Shown here one piece after another: positions 38,020 through 49,883 of a stretch of DNA of 64,000 nucleotides. The position numbers and the translations under genes were made by a program. The first letter of the stretch is position 1. Each line of letters opens with the position of its first letter. This stretch comes from Guillardia theta CCMP2712 (Eukaryota > Protista > Cryptophyta): the NCBI RefSeq assembly GCF_000315625.1, contig NW_005434663.1:587882-651881 (forward strand). The letters run 5' to 3'. A model generated the notes under the pieces. That model saw only the letters and a list, made by a program, of their open reading frames with translations, was not told the origin of the DNA and did no database searches.

Positions 38020-38541
38020 CTCCCTCCTCAAACAACGGCAGCTGCGGAGGACGGCTTCATCAAGTGGCGTCCCAACAGGAAGTTGAGTGCGAGGGAGGAA
38101 GCGGAGAGGAAGAAGAGAATCTTCTGGTCCACCCTCAAGCTCATCAACGAGACCTCTCCCCACGACCTTCAGCTCGTCAAGTCGCTCTCCTCCTGGTGTG
38201 CTTGAACCTACACTTGCGCCCGCCCACCGTTGCCGCTCACTCCCTCTCCCTTCTTGCCGCTGCTCGTTCTCTTCCTCCTTCCTCCTTCCCTGCCTGCCTG
38301 CCTGCCTCCCTCCCTCCCTCCTTTCCCTGCTCTTTTCCTCCCCCGTCCCTCTTCCCCCGTCCCTTCCTCCTCCCCTTCTTGCTTCACGATCTGATTTGCT
38401 ATTTCCTCGTTTCTCTCTTTCTGCCTTCTTTCAGCCTGATGAATATGACGGACTCCGTCTCCTTCGACGATCCCAAGCGCAATATGCTCACTTCCATTCA
38501 CCACCTGCTCTCCGAATTCAACCAGCTCCGAGGTAACTCAA

Positions 38542-38578
<37 letters not shown>

Positions 38579-39002
38579 GTCAGTCAGTCAGTCAGTCAGT
38601 CAGTCAGTCAGTCAGTCAGTCAGCCAGTCAGCCAGTCAGTCAGCCAGCCAGTCAGTCGCCTCCATGTTTCTCATTGTTCCTCCAGGAGCCTCTCCTGATG
38701 CCGTGGGCGGGGAGGAGGGGCCTGGGCTAGAGGAGCCAGCAAGCAAGAGGACGAGGAAGGAGGAGGAGCTGCCTGCAGGTTGGGTGGAGAGAATCTCCAA
38801 GAGGACGGGAACCAAGTACTTCCTTCACCTCAGCACTGGGAGGTCGCAATGGACAAGGCCGGAGAAGGATGAACGGATACATGCTTCCCTGCCTACTCAT
38901 CCTCCTGTCCCTGCTCCTGTCCTCCGTCCTTCCGTTCCCCTCCACCCTTCTCTTCCTCCTCAAGGTTCCCCTCGTCCTCCACAGGACCCAAAGTTTTATT
39001 AA
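35512..39002 (+). CDS. Multi-exon protein: hydrophobic leader, right-handed beta-helix-like repeats, C-terminal WW domain
   Basis: Leader MARVTGTLALVLAGMMVG. Repeats: CVHVASGNWTIADCGM, SVLLQDCDL, SSLVVNRTTF, CLCLEEQSRCLVRDCHM. WW domain LPAGWVERISKRTGTKYFLHLSTGRSQWTRP at ~38768-38861. Confidence 0.65.
36243..36560. repeat. Intronic (GAT/GAG/GAC)n microsatellite
   Basis: Visible directly; source of the poly-M, poly-I and poly-H ORFs. Confidence 0.95.
37934..38020. repeat. (CTCCTG)n intronic hexamer repeat (also ~1087-1170, 40011-40042, 56299-56340, 56598-56630)
   Basis: Visible directly; source of the PAPAPA/GAGAGA ORFs. Confidence 0.95.
38542..38656. repeat. Compound (CAGA)n(CAGT)n(CAGC) tetranucleotide repeat, intronic
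   Basis: Visible directly. Confidence 0.95.
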
Positions 39003-39058
39003 GAGCAGGAAGAGATTGTTTTCTGCACTTTGAATGGCTTGCACTTGTGAGATCCAAA

Positions 39059-40009
39059 TCAAACTTTCTTCTGCAGCGCGCAGGAGGGCTGTGCCAGGAC
39101 GAGGAAACGAGATTTCACCAAGGAGAGGAGGGGAGAAGGGAGAAGAGAGAGGAGGAGAGGACAGCGGAAAGTTTTTAAGATTTCTTAAGATGAGGATGAG
39201 GAGGATGAGGATGACGGGCAGGAAACATGCTGTGCAAGCAGATGCTGGTGATGACGAGAGGAATAGCCACCCAGGTCATGACGGAGATGCTCTTGTTGTA
39301 GATGAAGCTCTACAGGAAGAAGAGGGGGAGGAGCGGAGGAAGAGAGGAGGGGGGGGGGGGGAGACAAGGGAGAGGGAAGAGGAGAGGAGACAAGAAGCGA
39401 GGGAAGGGAGGAGAGAAGGAGTGAAGGAAGGGAGGAGAGAAGGAATCGGTCAGGTCAGCGCATGAGCGTTGAGTTTAGATCTGTCCAGACCTGCAGGAAG
39501 GTTGTGATCAAGATCCCGAAGATTGTAGCGAATCCCTTCTTGACTCCTCCTCCATACTTGGTCACCTGTCCTCTCCATCAGTCCATCGCTCCTCGCCTTC
39601 TCTTCTCCCTCCTCCACATTCAATCTTCCTTTCCCCGCCACCATGTTTTTCCTCCTCCCCACCCCTCTGCTTTCTGCTCCTCATCTCCTTCCTCCTTCCT
39701 CTCCCCCGCCTTGCCCCCTCTCTCTGGCTCTTGACCTGCCCCACGAAGATGCCGCCCATGGCGTTGGTGAAGACAGGAAGCGAAGTCATTCTCGTCCAAC
39801 CCCCGAAAACTCCTCGAGTTAGCATCGCCTCCCGGTCCTCATCGAACCCCTGCTCAAGCTGTCAGCAGACTCTCCTCCCTTCTCGTTCCAGAGTCCCTGC
39901 CTGCCTGCCTGCCTGCCTGCCTCCCTGCCTGCCTCCCTCCCTCCCTCCCTCCCTCCCTCCCTCCCTCCCTCCCTTCATGAACCCTTCGTTCGTTGCATCT
40001 CTTTCTTTG

Positions 40010-40044
<35 letters not shown>

Positions 40045-41707
40045 CTCTTTCCGACCTCCGGGTAGATGAAAATCAAGGCGGAGAGGGAGATAATGCTGTA
40101 CGTCGCGATCTCCATGGTGTAGAGGTAGCTGTTTCTCTTGCTCCTTTGCAGCGCCACCTGACTCAGCCCTCCTGCCAGCCCTGAGGTGACGGTCAAGGGA
40201 GCGAAGCCGAGCAAGCGAGGAGGAGGAGGAGGAGGAGGACAGGAGGAGTACAGATCAAGGCATAAGATCAGCGACCTGACATGAGACTGGCTCCGAGGAC
40301 GGGTATCACCCCCAACCAGAAGTCATTGTGAATGTCATCCTCGTCGTTAGAGTTGGGGTTCTTCGGCTCGCTGCCATCAGCTTTCAGACCAACGCCTCCG
40401 TCCTCCTTCCCTTTCTTCTTCCTCCTCCCTCTCCTTCGCTCTCCTCTGCTGCTTGTGCTGCTTGCCGGCCCCCAGCCCTCTTCCTCCTCTCTCTTCCTCT
40501 CCTGCGCCACCTGCAGAGCAGAACCGCAGCCACGAAGAGAACAGCGAGAGCCAACACCTGAGGTGAGTTGAGAGGCCATGCCATGCCAAGGCACGCGGAG
40601 CGATGCGAGGAGAGACGAGGGAGCGGGAGGAGGGAGGAGGGGGGAAGACGGAGAAGGGGAGAAGGAGAGGGTAGGTAAGGATCAGAAAAGGATACAGCTG
40701 GCAAGGAGGAGCTAAGAAAAGCGAGAGGGAAAAAACAAGGAAGACGAACTTGCAAGCATACCTGCATGTGCGATTGGCGAATCCCCATCAGCTGATAGAT
40801 AAAGAACGCCATGAAGAGAATTTTCGTCTGTGAGAACCAACAGGTCCGTCAGGAAGCTGACTGGCATGCCGATCTGCTCGCCTATCACCTGATTCAGGAG
40901 ATTGAAGGTCAAGAAGTCCAGGTTCTGATACCCCACCTGCGAGCTCACGTCAGGAGGGTCCCAGAGCTCTCGGAACACCAGTGGCCCTGCATACCTGCGT
41001 CAGGAGGTTCTGAACCGCATAGATCAGCGCAGGGAGGGCGGCAAACTTGAGACTCTCTCTCAGACGGAATCTGCATCCTCATCAGCATGCAGCACAAACG
41101 CAGCACCAGCTCCCTCTCTTGCTTCCTCCCTCGACTCCCTCCTCCCTGCTCTCGCTCCCTCCCTCCCTCCTCCCTCCCTCCTTCACCTCCCACCTCCTCA
41201 ACTCTTCGACGATGGTTGTCGGGTCGAAGATGAGCATCACCACGGCGATCCCGAGCTTCATCAACTGGGCGGAGACGTCGAGGGCAGCACGGTTAGCCTC
41301 CTCTCCTTCACTCCGCTGCTTCTCACCTCCTGCCCGAACACCATCGATGACAGCGTGACGTTCTTTCGATCAATGCATTCTTTGAACAGCAGCGGCTGCG
41401 GCAACAGTCAGCTGATCCGCCCTCCCCGCCACCCCAACCCCCGGTTCCTCCTCTTTCCCTCTTCTCCTTCCCATCCTAACTTCCTCTTCCCCCCTCCTTT
41501 TCCGCCCTCGCTCCCTCGCTCCCCTTTCCAGTTCCCCCGCTCCTCGCTCCCAATCCTCCCCGCAACCCCCCCCCAAAGCGTCACCATGATCTACACAACC
41601 TGAAGGCCGAACTGAAGGGACAGGAGGACCATGAAGAGCGTCGCTCGAAACTCTGAGTTCTCGCTCGCATGCTTCTTGGGCGCCGCAAGTTTGCTTTCCG
41701 TTGCCAT
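39059..41707 (-). CDS. Nucleotide-sugar transporter, SLC35A (CMP-sialic acid/UDP-galactose transporter) family
   Basis: Spliced: FMVLLSLQFGLQPLLFK..VGYQNLDFLTFNLLNQ..TKILFMAFFIYQLMGIRQS..GVIPVLGASLMSG|LAGGLSQVALQRSKRNSYLYTMEIA..GWTRMTSLPVFTNAMGGIFVGQV|TKYGGGVKKGFATIFG..WVAIPLVITSICLHS. The 3' end is approximate. Confidence 0.88.
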
Positions 41708-43042
41708 TCACCTGACGCTAGAATGCAAAACTACAAAAAATGTCACTGTGACTATCCCAGCTGGAATCGCCGACACAGACACATCTCTGCATTCTGGGCG
41801 CATCACAACAACATCACGCGAACGACTCGTGCTGCACTCCCCTGCTCCTCTCACGTCTTCGTCAGGGAGGCGACCATATCAGAATCTCTCTCGTCTGATT
41901 GCTTCCTATGAAATTAGGAGGCAGGGGGCGCTCGTGAAGAAAGCATGACGACGATCGCTGCAGATCCATCTAGAAAATCTGATTGCAGCTTCAACTAGCA
42001 AGGTCTCCACTAATTCTCACAGGGCGATCAATCGATTTTGACCCTCCTTCATTCAGATCCCAAAACCTCCGTCATCCTCCGTTTCAGAAGTGCACATGGT
42101 TTCTAATCCACTCCGCATTCACGTCTTGACTCTCTTGCGTCCTTCTTGATCGAGAAACTCCTTTGATCTCCTGTATTCCGCATCCCCTCCTCCCTCCCTC
42201 CTCTCCTGCTGCACTTGCGATACCACCCTGGGAGCAACATGACTGCCCTAGAACAGTCTCCCCATGTCTGTACTTCAGTTGCTGTTCTTCTCGTCACCAC
42301 GCATCTCTCGTCCTCTCTTGCCTTGCCTTCCCATGTTTCTGCTGTACGCTCCCTCCTTGTCTCCGTTCCTCTCTCCCTCCCTCTCCCTCCTCCCTCCTCT
42401 CCGTACCCGATCATGGATCCTGGGGCCGACCTCAGTAGGCGGTCAGGGGTGGGGGTTCAAAATAGGGGGTAGGGTACTAACAGAACGGGTCATCGTCAAA
42501 GACTATAGTAAAATAGGGGTACTTTCCTGGGGAAATAGGCGGTACATTACTGGAAATGGGTACATACCCCAGTATCAATGATTGGATGGACTTGACAAGG
42601 GGTGGTTTTGAATGAGGACTACCCTACACTTGGTTAAGATTGGAGTAGGGTAGGGTGGCAATGCACTGATAATAGTGACAGAGCTGAAGAGACATGGGAG
42701 GGAGGGAGGGAGGGAGGGAGGGAAGGAGGGAAGGAGGGAGGGAGGGAAGGAGGGAAGGAGGGAGGGAGGGAGGGAAGGGGGAAGCAGAGTAAGCTGAGGA
42801 TGAGAAGAGATACAGATGCGATGATGAAGAAGTGAAGAAGGGACATATTTCGATCCAGAACACCCGAAAGAACCACAAGATAGGAAAACAAAATTTGACG
42901 AGTTGTTGGGAATGATGTTGCTTTGAGGAATGATGTTACTTTTGCAATCCATTGGGGAGAACAAGAGAATTTCATTTCGTTTTTTTGATAAAATGTTTCT
43001 GACATTGTCTGTTCCTCTCCTCTCATCAAAGATCGTCAAAAC

Positions 43043-44006
43043 ATGGCTCCATGGAGGTGTGCGAGTTTGCGGACGAGCAGGTATGGTTGATTGAATCTCG
43101 TGGCGCAGGGGGCAGCTGTTGTTATGTTGCGTCTTGGCATTTCTGCTTCCTCACACGCTCGGAAACGTAAGTCCTGCTAGTACGTTCAACCGCGTGTCTG
43201 ACGGCAAGGTTGACAACCACAGGTCATGAACGAAGCCAAGATCTCGCGGCATCTTCTCCAAGCTGAGAGTCTCGCGAACGCAGGTAAGATCGCCTGCCTT
43301 CCTCTCCTCTCAGCTCGGAGGTTCCAATCAGAAGCCTTGAGCATCCTGTTAGATTCCTCCGCACGCAAACTGACCATTCTCCTCCTCAGGCGGGGTCTGG
43401 CACTACAACGATGCCGCTGCTCCAATGGTGGACGGTGAGTGGGATGATGTGGATTGGATACCTTGGTCTTATGGCTTCATGGTTCTGCCCAGACAAGTCG
43501 ATCAGGATGGCTCGGCAGATGGAGATGGCTGACGCTGGTTCCGATGCTCCCAGCGAGGCGGTAGAGGACGGAGGATGTGCGAGAGAGTGTTGGGTCTCAT
43601 CGCTGCCTACCAGGAGGAGGCTGCTGAGGCAAACGCTGACTACGAGGACCACAAGTGACGCCAGCTGCTAACAGCCTGCTCTGCTGTTGACTCTCCTTCA
43701 GGAAAGTGACCGCCGAGATCGTCAAGAGGATCACAGAGCCTTTCAAGGACAGGAATCCTGTCTACTTCTTGTTAGGTACTCGGCGGCAGGTGTGAGGGTA
43801 TGGAGGTGCCGTTTACCTTTCTGCCATGTAGAGGGCTTCATGGTGTGCGGGGTTGTTATCCTGGGGTTCTGGGTGTCAGAGAGGGTAAGGTGCTCGCTAC
43901 TAGTGTGCTCGGTGATCACTGCTGGCAGTTGTGGTTGAAGCAGAACCTCTCGCTGGCCTCGTTCTGGGACCCAGAGATCGACAAGAGGATGTACCCGCTC
44001 TTCTAG
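43043..44006 (+). CDS. Small type-I membrane protein (signal peptide, acidic ectodomain, one TM, short tail ending YPLF)
   Basis: Nine short exons splice in frame: MAPWR|GQLLLCCVLAFLLPHTLGN|...PVYFLL|EGFMVCGVVILGFWVSER|LWLKQNLSLASFWDPEIDKRMYPLF*. Confidence 0.75.
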
Positions 44007-44632
44007 ACCCTCACGAGCCCAGTGTATGAATTCCTTGTGTGTAAATATACAGTAGCAGATCATCAGCTCTCAAGCTCCTTGTTGGATGAGAATTTTTAAT
44101 AACATTCTTGTACCGGCTTGATTACCTTCGGGCCTATTGCAAGATGTATCACCCAGTGCAGATTCCTAGACGGTCGAGTGCTTCTGCAAACAAACCATCG
44201 TTGCTTGGAATGTCTTGAATGACTTAGTCCTCGAGATCTTTTTCGTGTAAGACTGCTGGCTTGCACGCCTGTTTCAGCTCCAATGGGCTGGAAGAAACTG
44301 AAATTTTGGTTCTGATAATAGAGCTCAAAGATCGCGACATTGGTTGGGGAGCTCACCTTCAACGTGCCGTTCGAAGCCTACCCGATGAGCTCAGTCATCA
44401 GGGTCATGGGCTTCCGGCTCAAGGACCCTTCGTGCAATGCCGAGATGGCAAGGGTACCTTTCACAGCACAGCACAAAATCAAAACATATGGACAAAAATT
44501 CAACAGATATCATAGGGAGAAAAGGGGCGTGCCAAAATTCCCCATGATGCCCACCTCGTCAAATATCGATGAGAACTTGATTGAGTCGAACGCTTAACCA
44601 GTTCTGATTGATTTCACATTCCCGCTGTACAC

Positions 44633-45679
44633 TTAGCTCTTGAATATTCGTTTTGAATAAGCCAAATTGACCACTTCCGCTTTGTTGGACCACAGCACAC
44701 TGCAGACTGCGTCGTAGGCGCGGCGAAGTTCAGCTGACGCATCTTTCGAAGCAAGCATCGCTCGGCTGCTGCAAGTCATGTATCCCTTTCCTGAGCTATA
44801 AATAACTATGGTGATGAACGGGTTCAGAGCAGACTTGATTTTGAGGCCAGCAAAGAACTCAGGCTCATAGGTGACGTTGAAATCTCTGACCAGAAACTGA
44901 AAGGCAGATTCGAGCTTGATACTGATCCCCAGATCAAAGTCCAACTTGCCCATTTCAATTCGAATACCGTTTTCATCAGCGGATTCTAAAATTCCCAGGT
45001 CCAACCTGTCCGGTGCAGACACAGCGTATGACCTTCGTCCAAGCCTGTCCTGAGTGAAGGCGTTGCGAATCCTCATGATAGCTTTGTCTACCACATACAA
45101 CAGCTCCTCATAATTCTTGGCTCCAGATATTGACATCATTCCATTGGAAAAGACAGACACGTTTATCATTCGCTTGACACCTTTGCTCGGCACTTTGATG
45201 AACATGCTCATCATGTTTGACATAGCGCGACGTTTGCGGCTCAAATTCCCTTCGAATCTCAAACGCCCTCGTGGATCAAAAACACAATTTCCACCAGGCA
45301 GCGATTTTGCAAGCACTTCAAGTTTCACAGCGGACTGATTTAACCTTGCACTCGCTGTCATCGTCGAGAACACTAATGAGTCCCTATGGATCCTTTTGGC
45401 GAGTTTCACTCCACGAGCTCGCGAGACCTGGACAGGTTCACTTGATTCCTTCAGCCGATAGCTTTCTGTGCTCTGTGTGCAAGGTTTGCTCGAGCATCTT
45501 CTGTCATCTTCACACGGTGATTGAAATGTGAAGTCACACTTCAAGCCGGGCAGGGCGGAAATGTACGCCTCGTCTGCATGGATCAAATCCTCCTGACATG
45601 TAGTCTTGGTCTTAGACCCCTCTTCAGGTATCCAAGACTGAGTATCCCAGGGATAGGTGGAATAGGTGGGCGAGGACAT
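44633..45679 (-). CDS. Divergent, intronless TATA-box-binding protein (TBP)-like factor
   Basis: Two TBP half-repeats: STMTASARL..VKLEVLA..NVSVFSNGMMSISGAKNYEEL, and DLGISIKLE..VTYEPEFFAGLKIK..NPFITIVIYSSGK..LRRAYDAVCSVL. Confidence 0.85.
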   Translation of the reverse strand: MSSPTYSTYPWDTQSWIPEEGSKTKTTCQEDLIHADEAYISALPGLKCDFTFQSPCEDDRRCSSKPCTQSTESYRLKESSEPVQVSRARGVKLAKRIHRDSLVFSTMTASARLNQSAVKLEVLAKSLPGGNCVFDPRGRLRFEGNLSRKRRAMSNMMSMFIKVPSKGVKRMINVSVFSNGMMSISGAKNYEELLYVVDKAIMRIRNAFTQDRLGRRSYAVSAPDRLDLGILESADENGIRIEMGKLDFDLGISIKLESAFQFLVRDFNVTYEPEFFAGLKIKSALNPFITIVIYSSGKGYMTCSSRAMLASKDASAELRRAYDAVCSVLWSNKAEVVNLAYSKRIFKS

Positions 45680-47589
45680 GTTACCTCAGCCTCTTTGTCG
45701 CAAATACTCTACTTTCAGATACCCATCCGGTTAAACCGAAATTTTGATTCTTCAACTTTATCGACAGGAGCTGGAGTTCAGTTTTAAAATAATCTCTGTA
45801 CCTTAAATACCAGCGGATGCTGACTGAAATGGGAAAACGTCGAGGCTCCAAAGAAAGGGCTGCAAACACAGTGCAAGGATTTTGTGTGGGGAAGCGAAGT
45901 AGTGAGGAGTCGAGAGGGAGGAGACCCAGGGATGGAGGGACCGGAGGCCCAGAGGTGAGTGAAGCAGAGAGGGAGGAGAGGGGAGGACGAGGAGCTAGAG
46001 AGCAAGGGGCTCGTGTCAGGAGCGGGAGCTTCAGCACGGGATCCTCAGTGGAGCCGCATGGCGCGACAGAGGAGAGGCACGTGGACAGGTGGTGAGGAAT
46101 TGGGGGATGCCGGGGGTAGGGGTCATGAAAGTACGGGTATTGGTTCCACATCATGAGTAGTTTGAAATATTTGTAACGATGTTTGAAATATTTTTTGGTC
46201 AATTTTTCAAGTGTAAAAATATATATTGGTAATTTCAAATACTAGATGGGTGGTATGCCAGGGACGACCAAAGCAGCGGAAAGCGCGGGGCAGGCTGTCC
46301 CTGAGGCGGAGTGGGCAGGGAACATGCAGGGGGCTGTCTGTCCCGGATCGGATCCGACTCAGCCTCCGCCGTGACGGTGTGCCGCCCGGCGGCGGCCCGG
46401 CCCGGCCCAGGAGTCACCGGCCGGGCCGCCCGGCCGCCGCAGTCCGGGGAGCGGGCCGGCAGTGTCATCGCACGCCGTGCAAGACGGTTGCCGTCACAGA
46501 TCGGACTCGGACTCCGAGTCCCGGCCCCGGAGTCGGAGCTGCCTCATGAAGAACAAGAAGGCATTGGATATCTTTTTCTTTTGCCGGGCCAGTGACTGTC
46601 ACGCCGGCCCGACCGGGCCCGGGCGATACGCCGGGTCACTGTCCGATTTGACTCAGATCCGATTATAGTACCGCCGGACGCGGCACGGGGGCTGCGGGCG
46701 GCCGCGCACTGCCGCAGGCCGGGCCCGGCCGGGGCCGCTTGCCACGCCCGGCCGGCACCGTTTCAAACTTTCCGACGGCGGGGCTCCGGTGGCACGGTGC
46801 GCCGAAACTAGGAGAGAGACTGAGTTCGGAACATCCGATCCGTTTCCGTTGAAGGCATTTTGTATTTGACTCAGTGAAGCCTTTCAGTACTCAAAGTGAA
46901 GATCTCGGGCAGGCCGCCTGTGCGACACTGGCCGGGCGGCAGTGAGTCCTGCGGCAGGGCCCGCCGGGTGAGGCTGATGATTGTTACATGGAACTTGTAC
47001 AGTGATGGACTAACTCTTTCTCGAGAGCTCTTCCTTACGTCAATTGTAAAACGATTTCAAGTGCCACTGAATAGCACGACACTGTTGAACAATTCGGCCA
47101 GACTCAATACATCAAGAATTTCGCCAAGTCACCTGATGATGACTTCCCGGATCAAACAGAAGCTGAGCTTCATACACTCTCTGCCCACTTCCAGAGATCT
47201 GTCATTTTTCGTGCTTTCTTCACGTTCTGCGCATGAGAGTGAAGAATCCAACTGGTTTACTGCATCGTCAATCAAGATCTTGCAACCGCGCACTTGCTCA
47301 GACGTAACTCGTCGAGCTCGAACAGGAAACCTTCGTTCCGGACCAGGTCTCTTCATATGATCAACTTGCTGATCTCTCACCAAGATCATTCCATTTCTGC
47401 ATGTTCGTCGCAATGCAATGGCCACTATCGGCTGGCAAGCATCCGGGGGGTTGAATACCGCTGAGATCGAAAACATGGTCGTTGTTGTTTTATGCTTCAG
47501 GGAACCCCATTCAGACACTTGTGGCCGCAGAGCGCACACAGAACTGCACCATACGCAGTTAGGGTATTCAACTCCGGGCCAGCATAAAG

Positions 47590-47923
47590 GCTCACCTGAA
47601 AGGAACTTGCCTGAGCCATCACCTTGGTGTGAGATCAGAGCATACCTTGCAACCTCGAGCTCCCTGCTTAGTCGAGCAGCATCTTCCCCTGTTGCATTTC
47701 TGAGCAATTCACTCACAGTTGCCACAGAGAGATTGAGATTCGCCTCCGTCAAATTTCTTTTAGCATGCGCCAACTCCTCTTCGCCTTCAAACTTGGCTAG
47801 CTTAAGCTCCTCTTTTCTCAGCCGCACTTGTGCCTCCGCTGCCTTCTTCTTGTCGCCTTCAAGCTCGGCTAGCCTGAGCTGCTCTTTAACCATGGCTCGC
47901 AAACAGCGAGCCCGCGGCAGCAT
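47590..47923 (-). CDS. Short coiled-coil protein or fragment with internal repeat (KEQLRLAELEG / KEELKLAKFEG)
   Basis: A helical charged exon ends at a donor ag|gtatgc (~47646). The downstream part of the ORF looks non-coding. Confidence 0.45.
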
Positions 47924-48199
47924 GTGGAGACATCAGATGTTCACCGAATATCATCTTGGGAAATTCCTGAGGTGTAGAGATGATGATCCTTGAGGGGTGC
48001 TTCGTACAGTGCGTGAATCTCACGAAAAATCGTTTGGTAAGCGAAGAGCATCAATAATACAAGTGAAAACCACCATCACAGGGATACATTGCAATCGAAA
48101 CCGATGCATGACAGGGAAACTGAGTTGGAGTACATGGATGGAGATTACACACAAGACGACAAGGAATCATCATCTGATGGTGACTGGATTGTTCAAAAA

Positions 48200-49520
48200 G
48201 CCGAACAGTCACCAATGAGCTCAAGAACACATTCACGACGATGTATGTTAGGTTCGCAAGAAACACAGTGCATTTTTGCAGTGAGCTGCTCGATTGCTTG
48301 AAACCACGATGATCCGCAGCACTATCGAATGATAACAAGCAAGTCCAGTGGTTCGTCAAGGGTTCTTCATCCGCTTTTCAAGGAGATGGACATGTTGCAA
48401 ATCACCAAGGTCTATGCCATTTGAACACATGATGCATCATGTAAATATTACTGGTGCAGCAAACATGAGCACTTTGAAGATGCTGATATTCCAGGCCGTA
48501 CAGCATTTATGATGTGGCCACATGTCACATTCTTCGTGGTTAACACAGATACAGCTTCGCCAGGCAAAAGATGGAACGTCGTCAGGATTACAAGGAGGTC
48601 GGTTGTGCTTTTACCCTGATTGAAACGCTTGTAATAAAGATATGATCACCTGAATGTGTAATGCTGTTTATTGATTCACAGTGTTTCTGGTTCGTTTACA
48701 ATCATCGAGTGCTTGCTCTGTTGAAGAAGGCACTCCTCTGTAGAGCCAAATGCGACAAGAACTCTACGGTTGCATGGTAGCATTGCGAACTTTCCAAACA
48801 AGGCAGGATTGATTCGAAGAACATCTCATTTATTGATATCAGATTCATCTGCACATTGTTTCATTTCTGATTAGGTTTCTGCAGCGTTGTGGAAATGTCA
48901 TGACAGAGGAAGAAGTTGCAGTGCAGAAAAATCATCCAACGTCATGAAACATGGAAATGCAATTGCCAATGCACTTGATCATGGATATAGTGATTCATGA
49001 TCAACAACGATGACTTAAAGTCATCTATCCTGGCAGGTAGAGAAATCCTTTGTGCAAACGTCTCTTCATGCATCGTTGAACGGTTGAGTATATGTAAGGC
49101 TTGTCTCTATAGACAAGTGAGGTGCATGAATCCTGACCGTAAGACTAGAAGAATTGAAAGTGAGTGATGATATGAGAACACATATCTAGACAGCCAAGTC
49201 GTATAAGGTACAGCTGGATACAAATTTCTCACAAATCATGCATTCGAGCTCAACGTAACCTACCGCAATTTGAAAGAAGGGTCAATCAGAGTTGATTCTG
49301 TTCAATGGTGCATCCATTTTTAGTTGCTTACCTGTTAATGAAAATTTCATCTTGTCTTCGAAGAATTTTTGCAAGTACACTCGCGGATTGTTTGAACCAA
49401 GGGTGTATATTCCAGTACACGATGGATGATTCAAACCTTGGCCCAACCTGCAGAGTTGAGAAAGAAGCTCGATCATCTCCTACAGGTATTATATGAGATC
49501 TTCATCTGATTTCTATCTCA
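48200..49520 (-). CDS. Possible low-GC multi-exon gene or pseudogene with PH-like fragments
   Basis: Exon-like pieces (RRLHKGFLYL, WNISIFKVLMFAAP, WFQAIEQL) lie downstream of a promoter-like motif cluster at 49690-49790. I could not build a clean spliced model. Confidence 0.25.
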
Positions 49521-49883
49521 GTTGGGTTGGATTCGAAGTCTCTGAATATCAAGGTTCATCCTCGCGAGTCAGGAAGGCACCATCATTTCATTGCCTTACT
49601 TTGGTTTGGCGTGGTCAGTGAGGTGTCCACGCAACCAAATTCAAATCACCCTACCCTTCTTGACAGCAATCAGTGAACTTATCATCGGCGGATCGGAACT
49701 TCGGAATGCCGACACTCAGCACGTGACAGTTCGATTTCACAAACTTTATACTGAACACTCGAACGACTCGATACCGTACCGTTAACTGTAAATCTGTCTA
49801 TCTCTACTGAAGTCTGTCTGTTGCATAATTTCACCCAAGTTGGCTGACTCCGCCGCCCGAGCAACGCTGGACAACCGTTTCGC

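Noticed and set aside
44140-44597. Short plus-strand ORF (VGELTFNVPFEAYPM...)
   Set aside because: No clear start, splice model or family; may be the 3' region of the TBP-like gene read antisense.
48480-48600. VLTTKNVTCGHII as an HNH nuclease motif
   Set aside because: No downstream N..L...H/E..FD motif, and the frame is interrupted by stops.
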